From an uncultured delta proteobacterium (GTDB lineage Bacteria; Myxococcota_A; Polyangia; Polyangiales; Polyangiaceae): a DNA stretch of 64,000 nt. The position numbers and the translations under genes were made by a program. The stretch spans positions 64,001 to 128,000 of the forward strand of contig CAVQUB010000013.1 of the NCBI GenBank assembly GCA_963716725.1. The letters run 5' to 3'. Position 1 is the first letter of the stretch, and the number at the start of each line of letters is the position of its first letter. The notes below the pieces were generated by a model. That model worked only from the letters and a program-made list of their open reading frames with translations. It was not told the origin of the DNA and did no database searches. This document shows positions 53,325-62,929 of the stretch, one piece after another.

Positions 53325-55343
53325 ATGGAGACGAACCTTGCACGGAAGAAAATCGAACGCCGCCGCCGCGGACGAATCGCGGTGTGGCTCTGCTCGCTGG
53401 CGGCGCTGGGTGCCCTGGAAGGCTGTGGCCGTCACGAAGAGGCACCCGTCTCGACCAACAGCCAGCGAGTCAACGGCGTGTACATCCCCGAGGGCGGCGC
53501 CAGCGCGCCGTGGGTCTCGGCGGACTGGGTGGACCTCGACGTCCACTCACGCCTGGCACTGCCGGCGAGCTTCGGTCTGGTGATGAGCAACAACGCTGGC
53601 GAAGACGTCACGGTCGGGGTCACCCTCGAGAGCTTCGGCCTCGAAACCCGAAAGGCGTCCATCTTCCTGGGCAGCCTGGTGGTCCCCGCGCGCGCGTCGT
53701 TCACGGTGCCCATCGACCTGTCGTGGCTCCCGATCCGCTCCGTGGGCTCGGTGAGCAGCGTCCACGCCAGCCTGCAGCTCTACAAGGGGCGCGCTCAGCG
53801 CCAGCTCACCACGTCGCGCCTGGCGTACGAGTTCGAGCCGGGGCTCTCGACGATCACGCTCTGGGGCTCCACCGCCCGGCGCTTCGCTCTGTCGAACCCG
53901 CGGGACCCGCGCCAGGAGCGGATGCAGCTCGCGGCGCTGGACGCGACGCTGCTCACGCCACAAGGTGACGTCTGGAACGGCAGCAGCTTCGTGCCCGTCG
54001 CCTCGCTTCCGCCGGTGGGCGGCGCGGGCTACCAGATCCGGGGCTCTGTCGACTTCTGGGAGGCGTGGCCCGCCAGTGTGCCGGCGCCCGGCACCCCCCT
54101 CGACGGCCCACCGGGCCCAACGAAGGTGTGCGCGTCCCACACGTGGAAGTTCTACGACGCCAGCGTGGGCGAGGACTACTTCTGGATGAACGGCTTCAAC
54201 GCGGAGCCGGCGCGGTACACCGCAGCGCTGCTCGAGAACTACGACACCGGTCAAGCGGTGTGGGCAGGCTGGCTTGGGTCGTCGGGCTGCACGCCCACCA
54301 TGGATCTGCCGGCGGGCACCTACGGGTTGACTCTTGCGTCCAAGCTGCGCACTCAGACCAACAGCGGGGCGGTGACCATGGATGTCGAGACGGAGCAGAG
54401 CTTCGACTATGGCGGCGCTCCGCCCAACACGCCGGTGGTGGGCTACGCCCGCACGCTCTTCGACGTCCACCCGGGCCCGGCGCCCAGCACGGTGCAGGTC
54501 GGCGTCTACTTGACCACGGTGGCCTCGAACATCCTGGTGGTCGGGGGTAGAATGTTCGACATGCCCGATCACGGGCTGAGCCAGGGGCACATCCGAGTGA
54601 CGACGCGCGATCCGAGCTCGAACAACATCGATTGCTCGTCGGGCGGCGGCGAGCCGCCCATCTCGTGGGCGTCGACCAGTCATGCGCTGAAGGAGAGCAC
54701 GATCTGCATCGGGCGAAAGAACACCTTGGACCCCTCGGACGCGTGGAGCAAGTTCGTGGTGGGCCACGAATTCGGGCATACGGTGCAGGGCTTCGGCATG
54801 GGCAACCTGACGACCGACTACGACAACCCGACCTCGCAGCCGCTCTGCCGCTGCGATCACGTGGCTTCTTCCAACCAGTACCATTGCTTGCAGTCGCAAG
54901 AGGTCATCGGCGCGGGCGCGTCCGAGGGCTTCGCGCACCTGTACGCGAGCCGGATCTTCAATCTCCAAGAGCAGTCCGATTGCGCCTTCGGGTACTACAA
55001 GGAGTTCATGGACAGCTCGTACGCGGTGCAGCAACCCCCGGTCGCCGTGAACTGCAAGACCCCAGTGAAGTGGCTAGAAAACCAGTGCCTCACGGCGAAC
55101 CGCGGCGTGGAGTACGACTGGATGAACTTCCTGTACGACATCAACAGCGCACCGTCGTCCCAACGCACCACGCTGGCCAACCTGTGGCAGGTGTACTTGA
55201 CCGCGTGCTCGCCACCCGAGTGCGAAAGCGAGAACCTCTCGTGGTCGGCGCTCGATAACGGAGCGAAGGCGTACTACGGGGTCAGCGATCCCAAGTACGT
55301 CTGGTTGCATCAGTCCGGCAACAACTTCGGCGTCAACCACTGA
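53325..55343 (+). CDS. Secreted lipoprotein with a zincin-like HExxH motif (putative metallopeptidase)
   Basis: LEGC lipobox; VVGHEFGH and downstream SEGFAH. Confidence 0.7.
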   Translation: METNLARKKIERRRRGRIAVWLCSLAALGALEGCGRHEEAPVSTNSQRVNGVYIPEGGASAPWVSADWVDLDVHSRLALPASFGLVMSNNAGEDVTVGVTLESFGLETRKASIFLGSLVVPARASFTVPIDLSWLPIRSVGSVSSVHASLQLYKGRAQRQLTTSRLAYEFEPGLSTITLWGSTARRFALSNPRDPRQERMQLAALDATLLTPQGDVWNGSSFVPVASLPPVGGAGYQIRGSVDFWEAWPASVPAPGTPLDGPPGPTKVCASHTWKFYDASVGEDYFWMNGFNAEPARYTAALLENYDTGQAVWAGWLGSSGCTPTMDLPAGTYGLTLASKLRTQTNSGAVTMDVETEQSFDYGGAPPNTPVVGYARTLFDVHPGPAPSTVQVGVYLTTVASNILVVGGRMFDMPDHGLSQGHIRVTTRDPSSNNIDCSSGGGEPPISWASTSHALKESTICIGRKNTLDPSDAWSKFVVGHEFGHTVQGFGMGNLTTDYDNPTSQPLCRCDHVASSNQYHCLQSQEVIGAGASEGFAHLYASRIFNLQEQSDCAFGYYKEFMDSSYAVQQPPVAVNCKTPVKWLENQCLTANRGVEYDWMNFLYDINSAPSSQRTTLANLWQVYLTACSPPECESENLSWSALDNGAKAYYGVSDPKYVWLHQSGNNFGVNH

Positions 55344-55349
55344 GTCCCC

Positions 55350-56495
55350 ATGCGCAGCACCCTCGCCTGGTTGATCGCGTCGTGCCTCGCCGGCTGCTCG
55401 TGCAGCGACGGCGGCGGCAGCTCTGCAGGCGGTCAACCAGGCACCGGCGCCACCTCGAGCTCGGGCGGAAGCTCGGGCTCGGGGGGCACTGGGGGCGCGA
55501 TCACAGAGGGCGGCACCGATGCCACCACGGACGCCGACTCCGGCCCGAGCTTCGACTGCGAGCACGCGCCGGTCACCGAGGACTGCAAGTCCGGCTGGTG
55601 CCGCATCCCGGCCGGCTGCTTCGTGCTGGGCTCGCCGAAGGACGAGTGGGGCCGCGGCGCCAACACCGAGAACCAGGTGAAGGTCACGCTCACCCACCCG
55701 TTCCTGATCCAGCAGAAGGAGACCTCTCAGGCCGACTGGGTCGCCCTCGGTCTGAAGAATCCCAGCACCGCCCCGATCAAGCCCGGCAACTCGGGCGACT
55801 GCCTCGAGCCCGCTTGCCCCGTGGGCAACGTGACGTGGTTCGAGGCGGCGGGGTTTGCCAACCTGCTCTCGCAGAAGGAGGGCCTGAAGCCCTGCTACGT
55901 GCTCGAGGGTTGCACCGGACAGCTCGGCGAGGGCATGGCCTGCACCAAGATCGGCACCACAGCGCCCAGCTATTACGAGTGCGAGGGGTACCGCCTGCCC
56001 GGCGAGGCCGAGTGGGAATACGCCGCGCGGGCAGGGACCACGACGGCGTTCTACACGGGGCCGATAACGGCATTTCCGACCAACGCCCTCGCGTGCAACT
56101 CAGACCCCGCGCTCATCGCCGCTGCCTGGTATTGCGCCAACTCCGGCACCGTCACGCACCCCGGCGGACTGAGGCAGAAGAACCAGTGGGGATTGTACGA
56201 CATGCTCGGAAACTGTGTGGAGTGGACCAACGACGTCATGAAGGGTCTGGGCTACGGGACGACCCCGCTGTCTGATCCTTGGGGTCAGGTCAAGATCTCA
56301 AACGTGATCGAGGCCGTGGTTATCCGCGGAGGCGGACCCATCTTCTCCGCGTCGAGCTGTCGAGCCGCGGCGCACTTCAGCGGTGGCCGCTCCGATCGCG
56401 GCGGCGGCATCGGCTTCCGCCTCGTCCGCAGCCTGCTCACCACCCCCGACGCGTCCACCCCCGACGCCTCCCCACCCGACGCGTCCACCGACTGA
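55350..56495 (+). CDS. FGE-sulfatase (SUMF1/C-type-lectin fold) lipoprotein, copy 1
   Basis: LAGC lipobox, PVGNVTWFEA, YRLPGEAEWEYAARAG, NQWGLYDMLGNCVEW, RGG, GFRLVR. Confidence 0.9.
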   Translation: MRSTLAWLIASCLAGCSCSDGGGSSAGGQPGTGATSSSGGSSGSGGTGGAITEGGTDATTDADSGPSFDCEHAPVTEDCKSGWCRIPAGCFVLGSPKDEWGRGANTENQVKVTLTHPFLIQQKETSQADWVALGLKNPSTAPIKPGNSGDCLEPACPVGNVTWFEAAGFANLLSQKEGLKPCYVLEGCTGQLGEGMACTKIGTTAPSYYECEGYRLPGEAEWEYAARAGTTTAFYTGPITAFPTNALACNSDPALIAAAWYCANSGTVTHPGGLRQKNQWGLYDMLGNCVEWTNDVMKGLGYGTTPLSDPWGQVKISNVIEAVVIRGGGPIFSASSCRAAAHFSGGRSDRGGGIGFRLVRSLLTTPDASTPDASPPDASTD

Positions 56496-57021
56496 CCGAT
56501 GCTCATTGCATCAGCGCACGCCCCCGCCGCCGCCAAGGTCTCGCGCCACCAACGCCAGAGTCCCCCCCGGCCGCGCGCAGGGCGCGCGAGCCGCTCATCG
56601 GGCCCATCGACGGCGCGCCCGAGCACGGCCTTGGCGGGGGACCGCAGGCGCGCAGGCGCCAGCGCGCACACCGAGCCCTTCCGCACGCCCCGCGACGCGC
56701 CGAGCACCTGCGAGGCGGGGGCAACCAAAGACCCCAGTGAAGTGGCTCGAAAACCAGTGCCTCACCGCGAACCGCGGCGTGGAGTACGACTGGATGAACT
56801 TCCTCTATGACATCAACAGCGCGCCAACTGCGCAGCGCACCACGCTTGCCAACCTGTGGCAGGTGTATCTCACGGCCTGCTCCCCACCCGAGTGCGAGAG
56901 CGAGAACCTCTCGTGGCCGGCGCTCGATAATGGAGCGAAGGCGTACTACGGGCTGAGCGACGCGAGGTACACCCGGATCGTCTCGTCCGGCAGCAACTTC
57001 GGCGTCAACCACTGAGCTCCC

Positions 57022-58176
57022 ATGCGCAGCACCCTCGCCTGGTTGGTCGCCTCGTGCCTCGCCGGTTGCTCTTGCAGCGACGGCGGCGGCGGCAGCTCTG
57101 CAGCACCCGCAGGCGGCCAACCAGGCACCGGCGCCACCTCGAGCTCGGGCGGAAGCTCGGGCTCGGGGGGCACCGGGGGCGCAGCCACCGAGGCTGGCAC
57201 AGACGCCGCGGCCGACGCCGATTCCGGCCCGAGCTTCGACTGCCAGCACGTGCCAGTCACCGAGGACTGCAAGGCCGGCTGGTGCCGCATCCCAGCCGGC
57301 TGCTTCGTGATGGGCTCGCCGAAGGACGAGTGGGGCCGAGGCGCCAACGACGAGAACCAGGTGAAGGTCACGCTCACCCACCCGTTCCTGATCCAGCAGA
57401 AGGAGACCTCTCAGGCCGACTGGGTCGCCCTCGGTCTGAAGAATCCCAGCACCGCTCCGATCAAACCCGGCAACTCCGGCGACTGCCTCGAGCCCGCTTG
57501 CCCCGTCGGCAACGTGACGTGGTTCGAGGCGGCGGGGTTTGCCAACTTGCTCTCGCAGAAGGAAGGGCTGAAGCCCTGCTACGTGCTCGAGGGCTGCACC
57601 GGACAGCTCGGCGAGGGCATGGCCTGCACCCAGATCGGCACCACAGCGCCCACCTACTATGAGTGCGAGGGGTACCGCCTCCCCGGCGAGGCCGAGTGGG
57701 AATACGCCGCGCGGGCAGGGACCACGACGGCTTTCTACACGGGACCGATCACGGTTTTCCCCGGAGACATGCTCGCGTGCAACAGCGACCCGGTCCTTCT
57801 GGGAGCGGCCTGGCACTGTGCTAACTCCGGCACCGTCACGCACCCTGGAGGGCTGAAGGCGAGGAGTGCCTGGGGACTCTACGACTCGCTCGGGAACGCA
57901 CACGAGTGGACAAACGACCTCATGAAAGGGTTGGGCTACGGCTCGGGGCCGCTGGTCGACCCCTGGGGCGAACTCAAGATCCTGGCAGCCATTGAAGCAG
58001 TCGTCATCCGGGGCGGAGGGCCGATCACTCCGCCGTCGAGGTGCAGGGCCGCGGCGCACTTCAGCGGTGGCCGCTCCGATCGCGGCGGCGGCATCGGTTT
58101 CCGACTCGTCCGCAGCCTGCTCACCACCCCCGACGCGTCCACCGACGCCGCGCCACCCGACGCGTCCACCAACTGA
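57022..58176 (+). CDS. FGE-sulfatase-fold lipoprotein, copy 2
   Basis: Paralog of copy 1 with the same motifs. Confidence 0.9.
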   Translation: MRSTLAWLVASCLAGCSCSDGGGGSSAAPAGGQPGTGATSSSGGSSGSGGTGGAATEAGTDAAADADSGPSFDCQHVPVTEDCKAGWCRIPAGCFVMGSPKDEWGRGANDENQVKVTLTHPFLIQQKETSQADWVALGLKNPSTAPIKPGNSGDCLEPACPVGNVTWFEAAGFANLLSQKEGLKPCYVLEGCTGQLGEGMACTQIGTTAPTYYECEGYRLPGEAEWEYAARAGTTTAFYTGPITVFPGDMLACNSDPVLLGAAWHCANSGTVTHPGGLKARSAWGLYDSLGNAHEWTNDLMKGLGYGSGPLVDPWGELKILAAIEAVVIRGGGPITPPSRCRAAAHFSGGRSDRGGGIGFRLVRSLLTTPDASTDAAPPDASTN

Positions 58177-58795
58177 CCGATGCTCATTGCATCAGCGCAC
58201 GCCCCCGCCGCCGCCAAGCTCTCGCGCCGCCAACGCAAGAGTCCCCCCGGCCGCGCGCAGGGCGCGCCAGCCGCTCATCGCGCCCTTCGACGGCGCGCCC
58301 GAGCACGGCCTTGGCGGGGGACCGCAGGCGCGCAGGCGCCAGCGCGCGCACCGAGCCCCTCCGCGCGCACCGCGAAGCGCCGAGCACCTGCGAGGCGGGG
58401 GCAACCAAGCATCAAGAGCAGTCCGACTGCGCCTTCGGATACTACAAGGAGTTCATGGACAGCTCGTATACGGTGCAGCAACCCCCGGTCGCCGTGAACT
58501 GCAAGACCCCGGTGAAGTGGCTCGAGAACCAGTGCCTCACGGCGAACCGCGGCGTGGAGTACGACTGGATGAACTTCCTGTATGACATCAACTCGGCGCC
58601 GTCGTCCCAACGCACCACGCTGGCCAACCTGTGGCAGGTCTATCTCACGGCCTGCTCGCCACCCGAGTGCGAAAGCGAGAACCTCTCGTGGTCGGCACTG
58701 AAGGATGGCGCGAAGGCGTACTACGGGGAGTTCAACGCCCGCTATGTGAAGCTCGCCCAATCCGGCGACGACTTCGGCGTCAACCACTGAGCCCC

Positions 58796-59941
58796 ATGCG
58801 CAGCACCCTCGCCTGGTTGATCGCCTCGTGCCTCGCCGGCTGCTCGTGCAGCGACGGCGGCGGCAGCTCCGCAGCACCCGCAGGCGGTCAATCAGGCACC
58901 GGCGCCACCTCGAGCTCGGGCGGAAGCTCGGGCTCGGGGGGCACCGGGGGCGCAGCCACCGAGGCTGGCACCGACGCCACCACGGACGCCGACTCGGGCC
59001 CGACCTTCGACTGTCAGCACGCGCCGGTGGTCGAAGACTGCAAGGCCGGCTGGTGCCGCATCCCAGCCGGCTGCTTCGTGATGGGCTCGCCGAAGGACGA
59101 GTGGGGCCGCGGCGCCAACACCGAGAACCAGGTGAAGGTCACGCTCACCCACCCGTTCCTGATCCAGCAGAAGGAGACCTCTCAGGCCGACTGGGGCGCC
59201 CTCGGCCTGAAGAATCCGAGCGGTCCTCCACCAAAGCCCGACAGCATGGGCGACTGCCTCGAGCCCGCCTGCCCCGTCGGCAACGTGACGTGGTTCGAGG
59301 CGGCGGGGTTTGCCAACCTGCTCTCGCAAAAGGAGGGCTTGAAGCCCTGCTACGTGCTCGAGGGCTGCACCGGACAGCTCGGCGAGGGCATGAACTGCAC
59401 CAGCATCGGCACCTCGGCGCCCAGCTACTACGAGTGCGAGGGCTACCGCCTGCCCGGCGAGGCCGAGTGGGAGTACGCGGCCCGGGCCGGGACCACGACG
59501 GCCTTCTACACGGGTCCGATCACCAAGCTGGCGCAGACGTCTGACTGCGAGAGCGATCCCAACCTCGTGAAGGCCGCTTGGTACTGCGCCAACTCCGGGA
59601 CGCTCACGCATCCCGGTGGACAGAAGACGAAGAACGCGTGGGGCCTTCACGACGTGCTGGGGAACGCTTACGAGTGGACGAATGACGTGATGAAGGGGTT
59701 GGGCTATGGGATAGGGCCGCTCGAGGACCCGTGGGGCAAAGTCGAAATCAAGGACTCCATCGAGGGCATCGTGCTGCGCGGGGGCGGCACGATTACGCCG
59801 GCGGCCCGCTGCCGTGTCGCTGCTCACTTCGAGCTCTCCCGACCGTCGCGAGGCCCCGGCGGCGGCTTCCGCCTCGTCCGCAGCCTGCTCGCCACCCCCG
59901 ACGCTCTCCCGACGCTCCCCACCGACGCGTCCACCGACTGA
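58796..59941 (+). CDS. FGE-sulfatase-fold lipoprotein, copy 3
   Basis: Paralog of copy 1; ATG at 58796 (MRSTLAW). Confidence 0.9.
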   Translation: MRSTLAWLIASCLAGCSCSDGGGSSAAPAGGQSGTGATSSSGGSSGSGGTGGAATEAGTDATTDADSGPTFDCQHAPVVEDCKAGWCRIPAGCFVMGSPKDEWGRGANTENQVKVTLTHPFLIQQKETSQADWGALGLKNPSGPPPKPDSMGDCLEPACPVGNVTWFEAAGFANLLSQKEGLKPCYVLEGCTGQLGEGMNCTSIGTSAPSYYECEGYRLPGEAEWEYAARAGTTTAFYTGPITKLAQTSDCESDPNLVKAAWYCANSGTLTHPGGQKTKNAWGLHDVLGNAYEWTNDVMKGLGYGIGPLEDPWGKVEIKDSIEGIVLRGGGTITPAARCRVAAHFELSRPSRGPGGGFRLVRSLLATPDALPTLPTDASTD

Positions 59942-60472
59942 CCGATGCCCATCGCCTCAGCGCACGCCCCCGCCGCCGCCAGGCTTCCGCGCCGCCAACG
60001 CAAGAGTCCCCCCCGGCCGCGCGCAGGGCGCGCGAGCCGCTCATTGCGCCCATCGACGGCGCGCCCGAGCACGGCCTTGGCGGGGGACCGCAGGCGCGCA
60101 GGCGCCAGCGCGCGCACCGAGCCCTTCCGCACGCCCCGCGACGCGCCGAGCACCTGCGAGGCGGGGGCAACCAAAGACCCCAGTGAAGTGGCTACGAAAA
60201 CCAGTGCCTCACGGCAAACCGCGGCGTGGAGTACGACTGGATGAACTTCCTCTATGACATCAACAGCGCGCCAACTGCGCAGCGCACCACGCTGGCCAAC
60301 CTGTGGCAGGTGTACTTGACGGCCTGCTCGCCACCCGAGTGCGAAAGCGAGAACCTCTCGTGGTCAGCGCTCGATGACGGAGCGAACGCGTACTACGGGG
60401 GCTTTAGCGACGCCACGGTACGCTCGGCTCGTCTCGTCCGGCGACGACTTCGGCGTCAACCACTGAGCTCCC

Positions 60473-61636
60473 ATGCGCATCCCCCTCGCCTGGTTGATCG
60501 CCTCGTGCCTCGCCGGCTGCTCGTGCAGCGACGGCGGCGGCAGCTCCGCAGCACCCGCAGGCGGCCAACCAGGCACCGGCGCCACCTCGAGCTCGGGCGG
60601 AAGCTCGGGCTCGGGGGGCACCGGGGGCGCAGCCACCGAGGCTGGCACCGACGCCGCAACAGACGCGGACGCCGGCCCGAGCTTCGACTGCCAGCACGCG
60701 CCGGTCACCGAGGACTGCAAGGCCGGCTGGTGCCGCATCCCAGCCGGCTGCTTCGTGATGGGCTCGCCGAAAGACGAGTGGGGCCGCGGCGCCAACACCG
60801 AGAATCAGGTGAAGGTCACGCTCACCCACCCGTTCCTGATCCAGCAGAAGGAGACCTCTCAGGCCGACTGGGTCGCCCTGGGCCTGAAGAATCCCAGCAC
60901 CGCTCCGATCAAACCCGGCAACTCCGGCGACTGCCTCGAGCCCGCCTGCCCAGTCGGCAACGTGACGTGGTTCGAGGCGGCGGGCTTTGCCAACCTGCTC
61001 TCGCAGAAGGAGGGCCTGAAGCCCTGCTACGTGCTCGAGGGTTGCACCGGACAGCTCGGCGAGGGCATGGCCTGCACCAGCATCGGCACCACCGCGCCCA
61101 GCTACTACGAGTGCGAGGGCTACCGCCTCCCCGGCGAGGCCGAGTGGGAGTACGCCGCGCGGGCAGGGACCACGACGGCCTTCTACACCGGACCGATCAC
61201 GAAGCTCGCGCAAACCTCGGACTGCGAGCTCGACCCCAGCCTCGTGAAGGCCGCTTGGTACTGCGCCAACTCCGGCACGCTCACGCATCCCGGTGGACAG
61301 AAAACGAAAAACGCTTGGGGTCTTCACGACGTGCTCGGGAACGCGCACGAGTGGACTAATGATGTTGAGAAGGGTCTCGGGTATGGCACCGGCGCCCTTG
61401 TAGATCCTTGGGGGGAGCTGAAGCTGGCGACGCCGGAAATCGTCGTGCTGCGCGGGGGCGGCCCCATCTCACCGGGCGCTCGTTGCCGCGCTGCAGCCCA
61501 TTTCGGCGGACCGAGGCACGGCAAGGGCAGTGGGGCGGGCTTCCGCCTCGTCCGCAGCCTGCTCGCCACCCCCGACGCCTCCACCTTCGACGCCTCGCCA
61601 CCCGACGCGTCCCCACCCGACGCGTCCACCGACTGA
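60473..61636 (+). CDS. FGE-sulfatase-fold lipoprotein, copy 4
   Basis: Paralog of copy 1 with the same motifs. Confidence 0.9.
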   Translation: MRIPLAWLIASCLAGCSCSDGGGSSAAPAGGQPGTGATSSSGGSSGSGGTGGAATEAGTDAATDADAGPSFDCQHAPVTEDCKAGWCRIPAGCFVMGSPKDEWGRGANTENQVKVTLTHPFLIQQKETSQADWVALGLKNPSTAPIKPGNSGDCLEPACPVGNVTWFEAAGFANLLSQKEGLKPCYVLEGCTGQLGEGMACTSIGTTAPSYYECEGYRLPGEAEWEYAARAGTTTAFYTGPITKLAQTSDCELDPSLVKAAWYCANSGTLTHPGGQKTKNAWGLHDVLGNAHEWTNDVEKGLGYGTGALVDPWGELKLATPEIVVLRGGGPISPGARCRAAAHFGGPRHGKGSGAGFRLVRSLLATPDASTFDASPPDASPPDASTD

Positions 61637-62166
61637 CCGATGCCCATCGCCCCAGCGCACGCTCCCGCCACCGGCAAGCTGTCGCGCCACCAGCGACAGA
61701 GTCCCCCCGGCCGCGCGCAGAGCGCGCCAGCCGCTCATCGCGCCCTTCGACGGCGCGCCCGAGCACGGCCTTGGCGGGGGACCGCAGGCGCGCAGGCGCC
61801 AGCGCGCGCACCGAGCCCCTCCGCGCGCCCCGCGACGCGCCGAGCACCTGCGAGGCGGGGGCAACCAAAGACCCCAGTGAAGTGGCTCGAAAACCAGTGC
61901 CTCACCGCGAACCGCGGCGTGGAGTACGACTGGATGAACTTCCTCTACGACATCAACAGCGCACCAACCGCGCAGCGCACCACGCTGGCCAACCTGTGGC
62001 AGGTGTACTTGACGGCCTGCTCGCCACCCGAGTGCGAAAGCGAGAACCTCTCGTGGTCAGCGCTCGATGGCGCGGCGATACGCGTACTACGGGGGCTTTG
62101 GAGACCCGACGGTACGCACGGCTGCACCAATCCGGCGACGACTTCGGCGTCAACCACTGAGCTCCC

Positions 62167-62929
62167 ATGCGCATCCCCCTCGCCTGGTTGATCGCCTCGT
62201 GCCTCGCCGGCTGCTCGTGCAGCGACGGCGGCGGCAGCTCCGCAGCACCCGCAGGGGGCCAACCAGGCACCGGCGCCACCTCGAGCTCGGGCGGAAGCTC
62301 GGGCTCGGGGGGCACCGGGGGCGCAGCCACCGAGGCTGGCACAGACGCCGCAACAGACGCGGACGCCGGTCCGAGCTTCGACTGCCAGCACGCGCCGGTC
62401 ACCGAGGACTGCAAGGCCGGCTGGTGCCGCATCCCAGCCGGCTGCTTCGTGATGGGCTCGCCGAAAGACGAGTGGGGCCGCGGCGCCAACACCGAGAATC
62501 AGGTGAAGGTCACGCTCACCCACCCGTTCCTGATCCAGCAGAAGGAGACCTCTCAGGCCGACTGGGTCGCCCTCGGCCTGAAGAATCCCAGCACCGCTCC
62601 AATCAAACCCGGCAACTCCGGCGACTGCCTCGAGCCCGCCTGCCCAGTCGGCAACGTGACGTGGTTCGAGGCGGCGGGGTTTGCCAACCTGCTTTCGCAG
62701 AAGGAGGGCCTGAAGCCCTGCTACGTGCTCGAGGGCTGCACCGGCCAGCTTGGCGAGGGGATGGCCTGCACCAGCATCGGGACCACCGCGCCCAGCTACT
62801 ACGAGTGCGAGGGCTACCGCCTCCCCGGCGAGGCCGAGTGGGAGTACGCCGCGCGGGCAGGGACCACGACGGCGTTCTACACGGGACCGATCACGGTTTT
62901 CCCCGGAGACACGCTCGCGTGCAACAGCG
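62167..62929 (+). pseudogene. FGE-sulfatase-fold lipoprotein, copy 5, interrupted by an IS91-like element
   Basis: Breaks at AACAGCG|CGTAAGG, where copy 2 continues AACAGCGACCCG. Confidence 0.9.

Larger units (their letters stand above)
56496..62160 (+). repeat. Four linker units, each with a double-hairpin element (56560-56722, 58241-58402, 60006-60168, 61701-61862) followed by an orphan 3' fragment of the HExxH gene (56728-57015, 58413-58790, 60174-60466, 61868-62160)
   Basis: Linkers are near-identical. Fragments encode KTPVKWLENQCLTANRGVEYDW..FGVNH*, as at 55056-55343. Confidence 0.93.

Noticed and set aside
56560..61862. Linker hairpins as integron attC sites or simple terminators
   Set aside because: No integron integrase in the window, no clear RYYYAAC/GTTRRRY boxes, no U-tract, and units start inside a gene rather than being whole cassettes.
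30836..62929. Diversity-generating retroelement (RT plus FGE/CLec-fold targets)
   Set aside because: The RT is a group II intron maturase inside intron RNA domains. I saw no template repeat, and differences among FGE copies are not confined to adenines and include indels.
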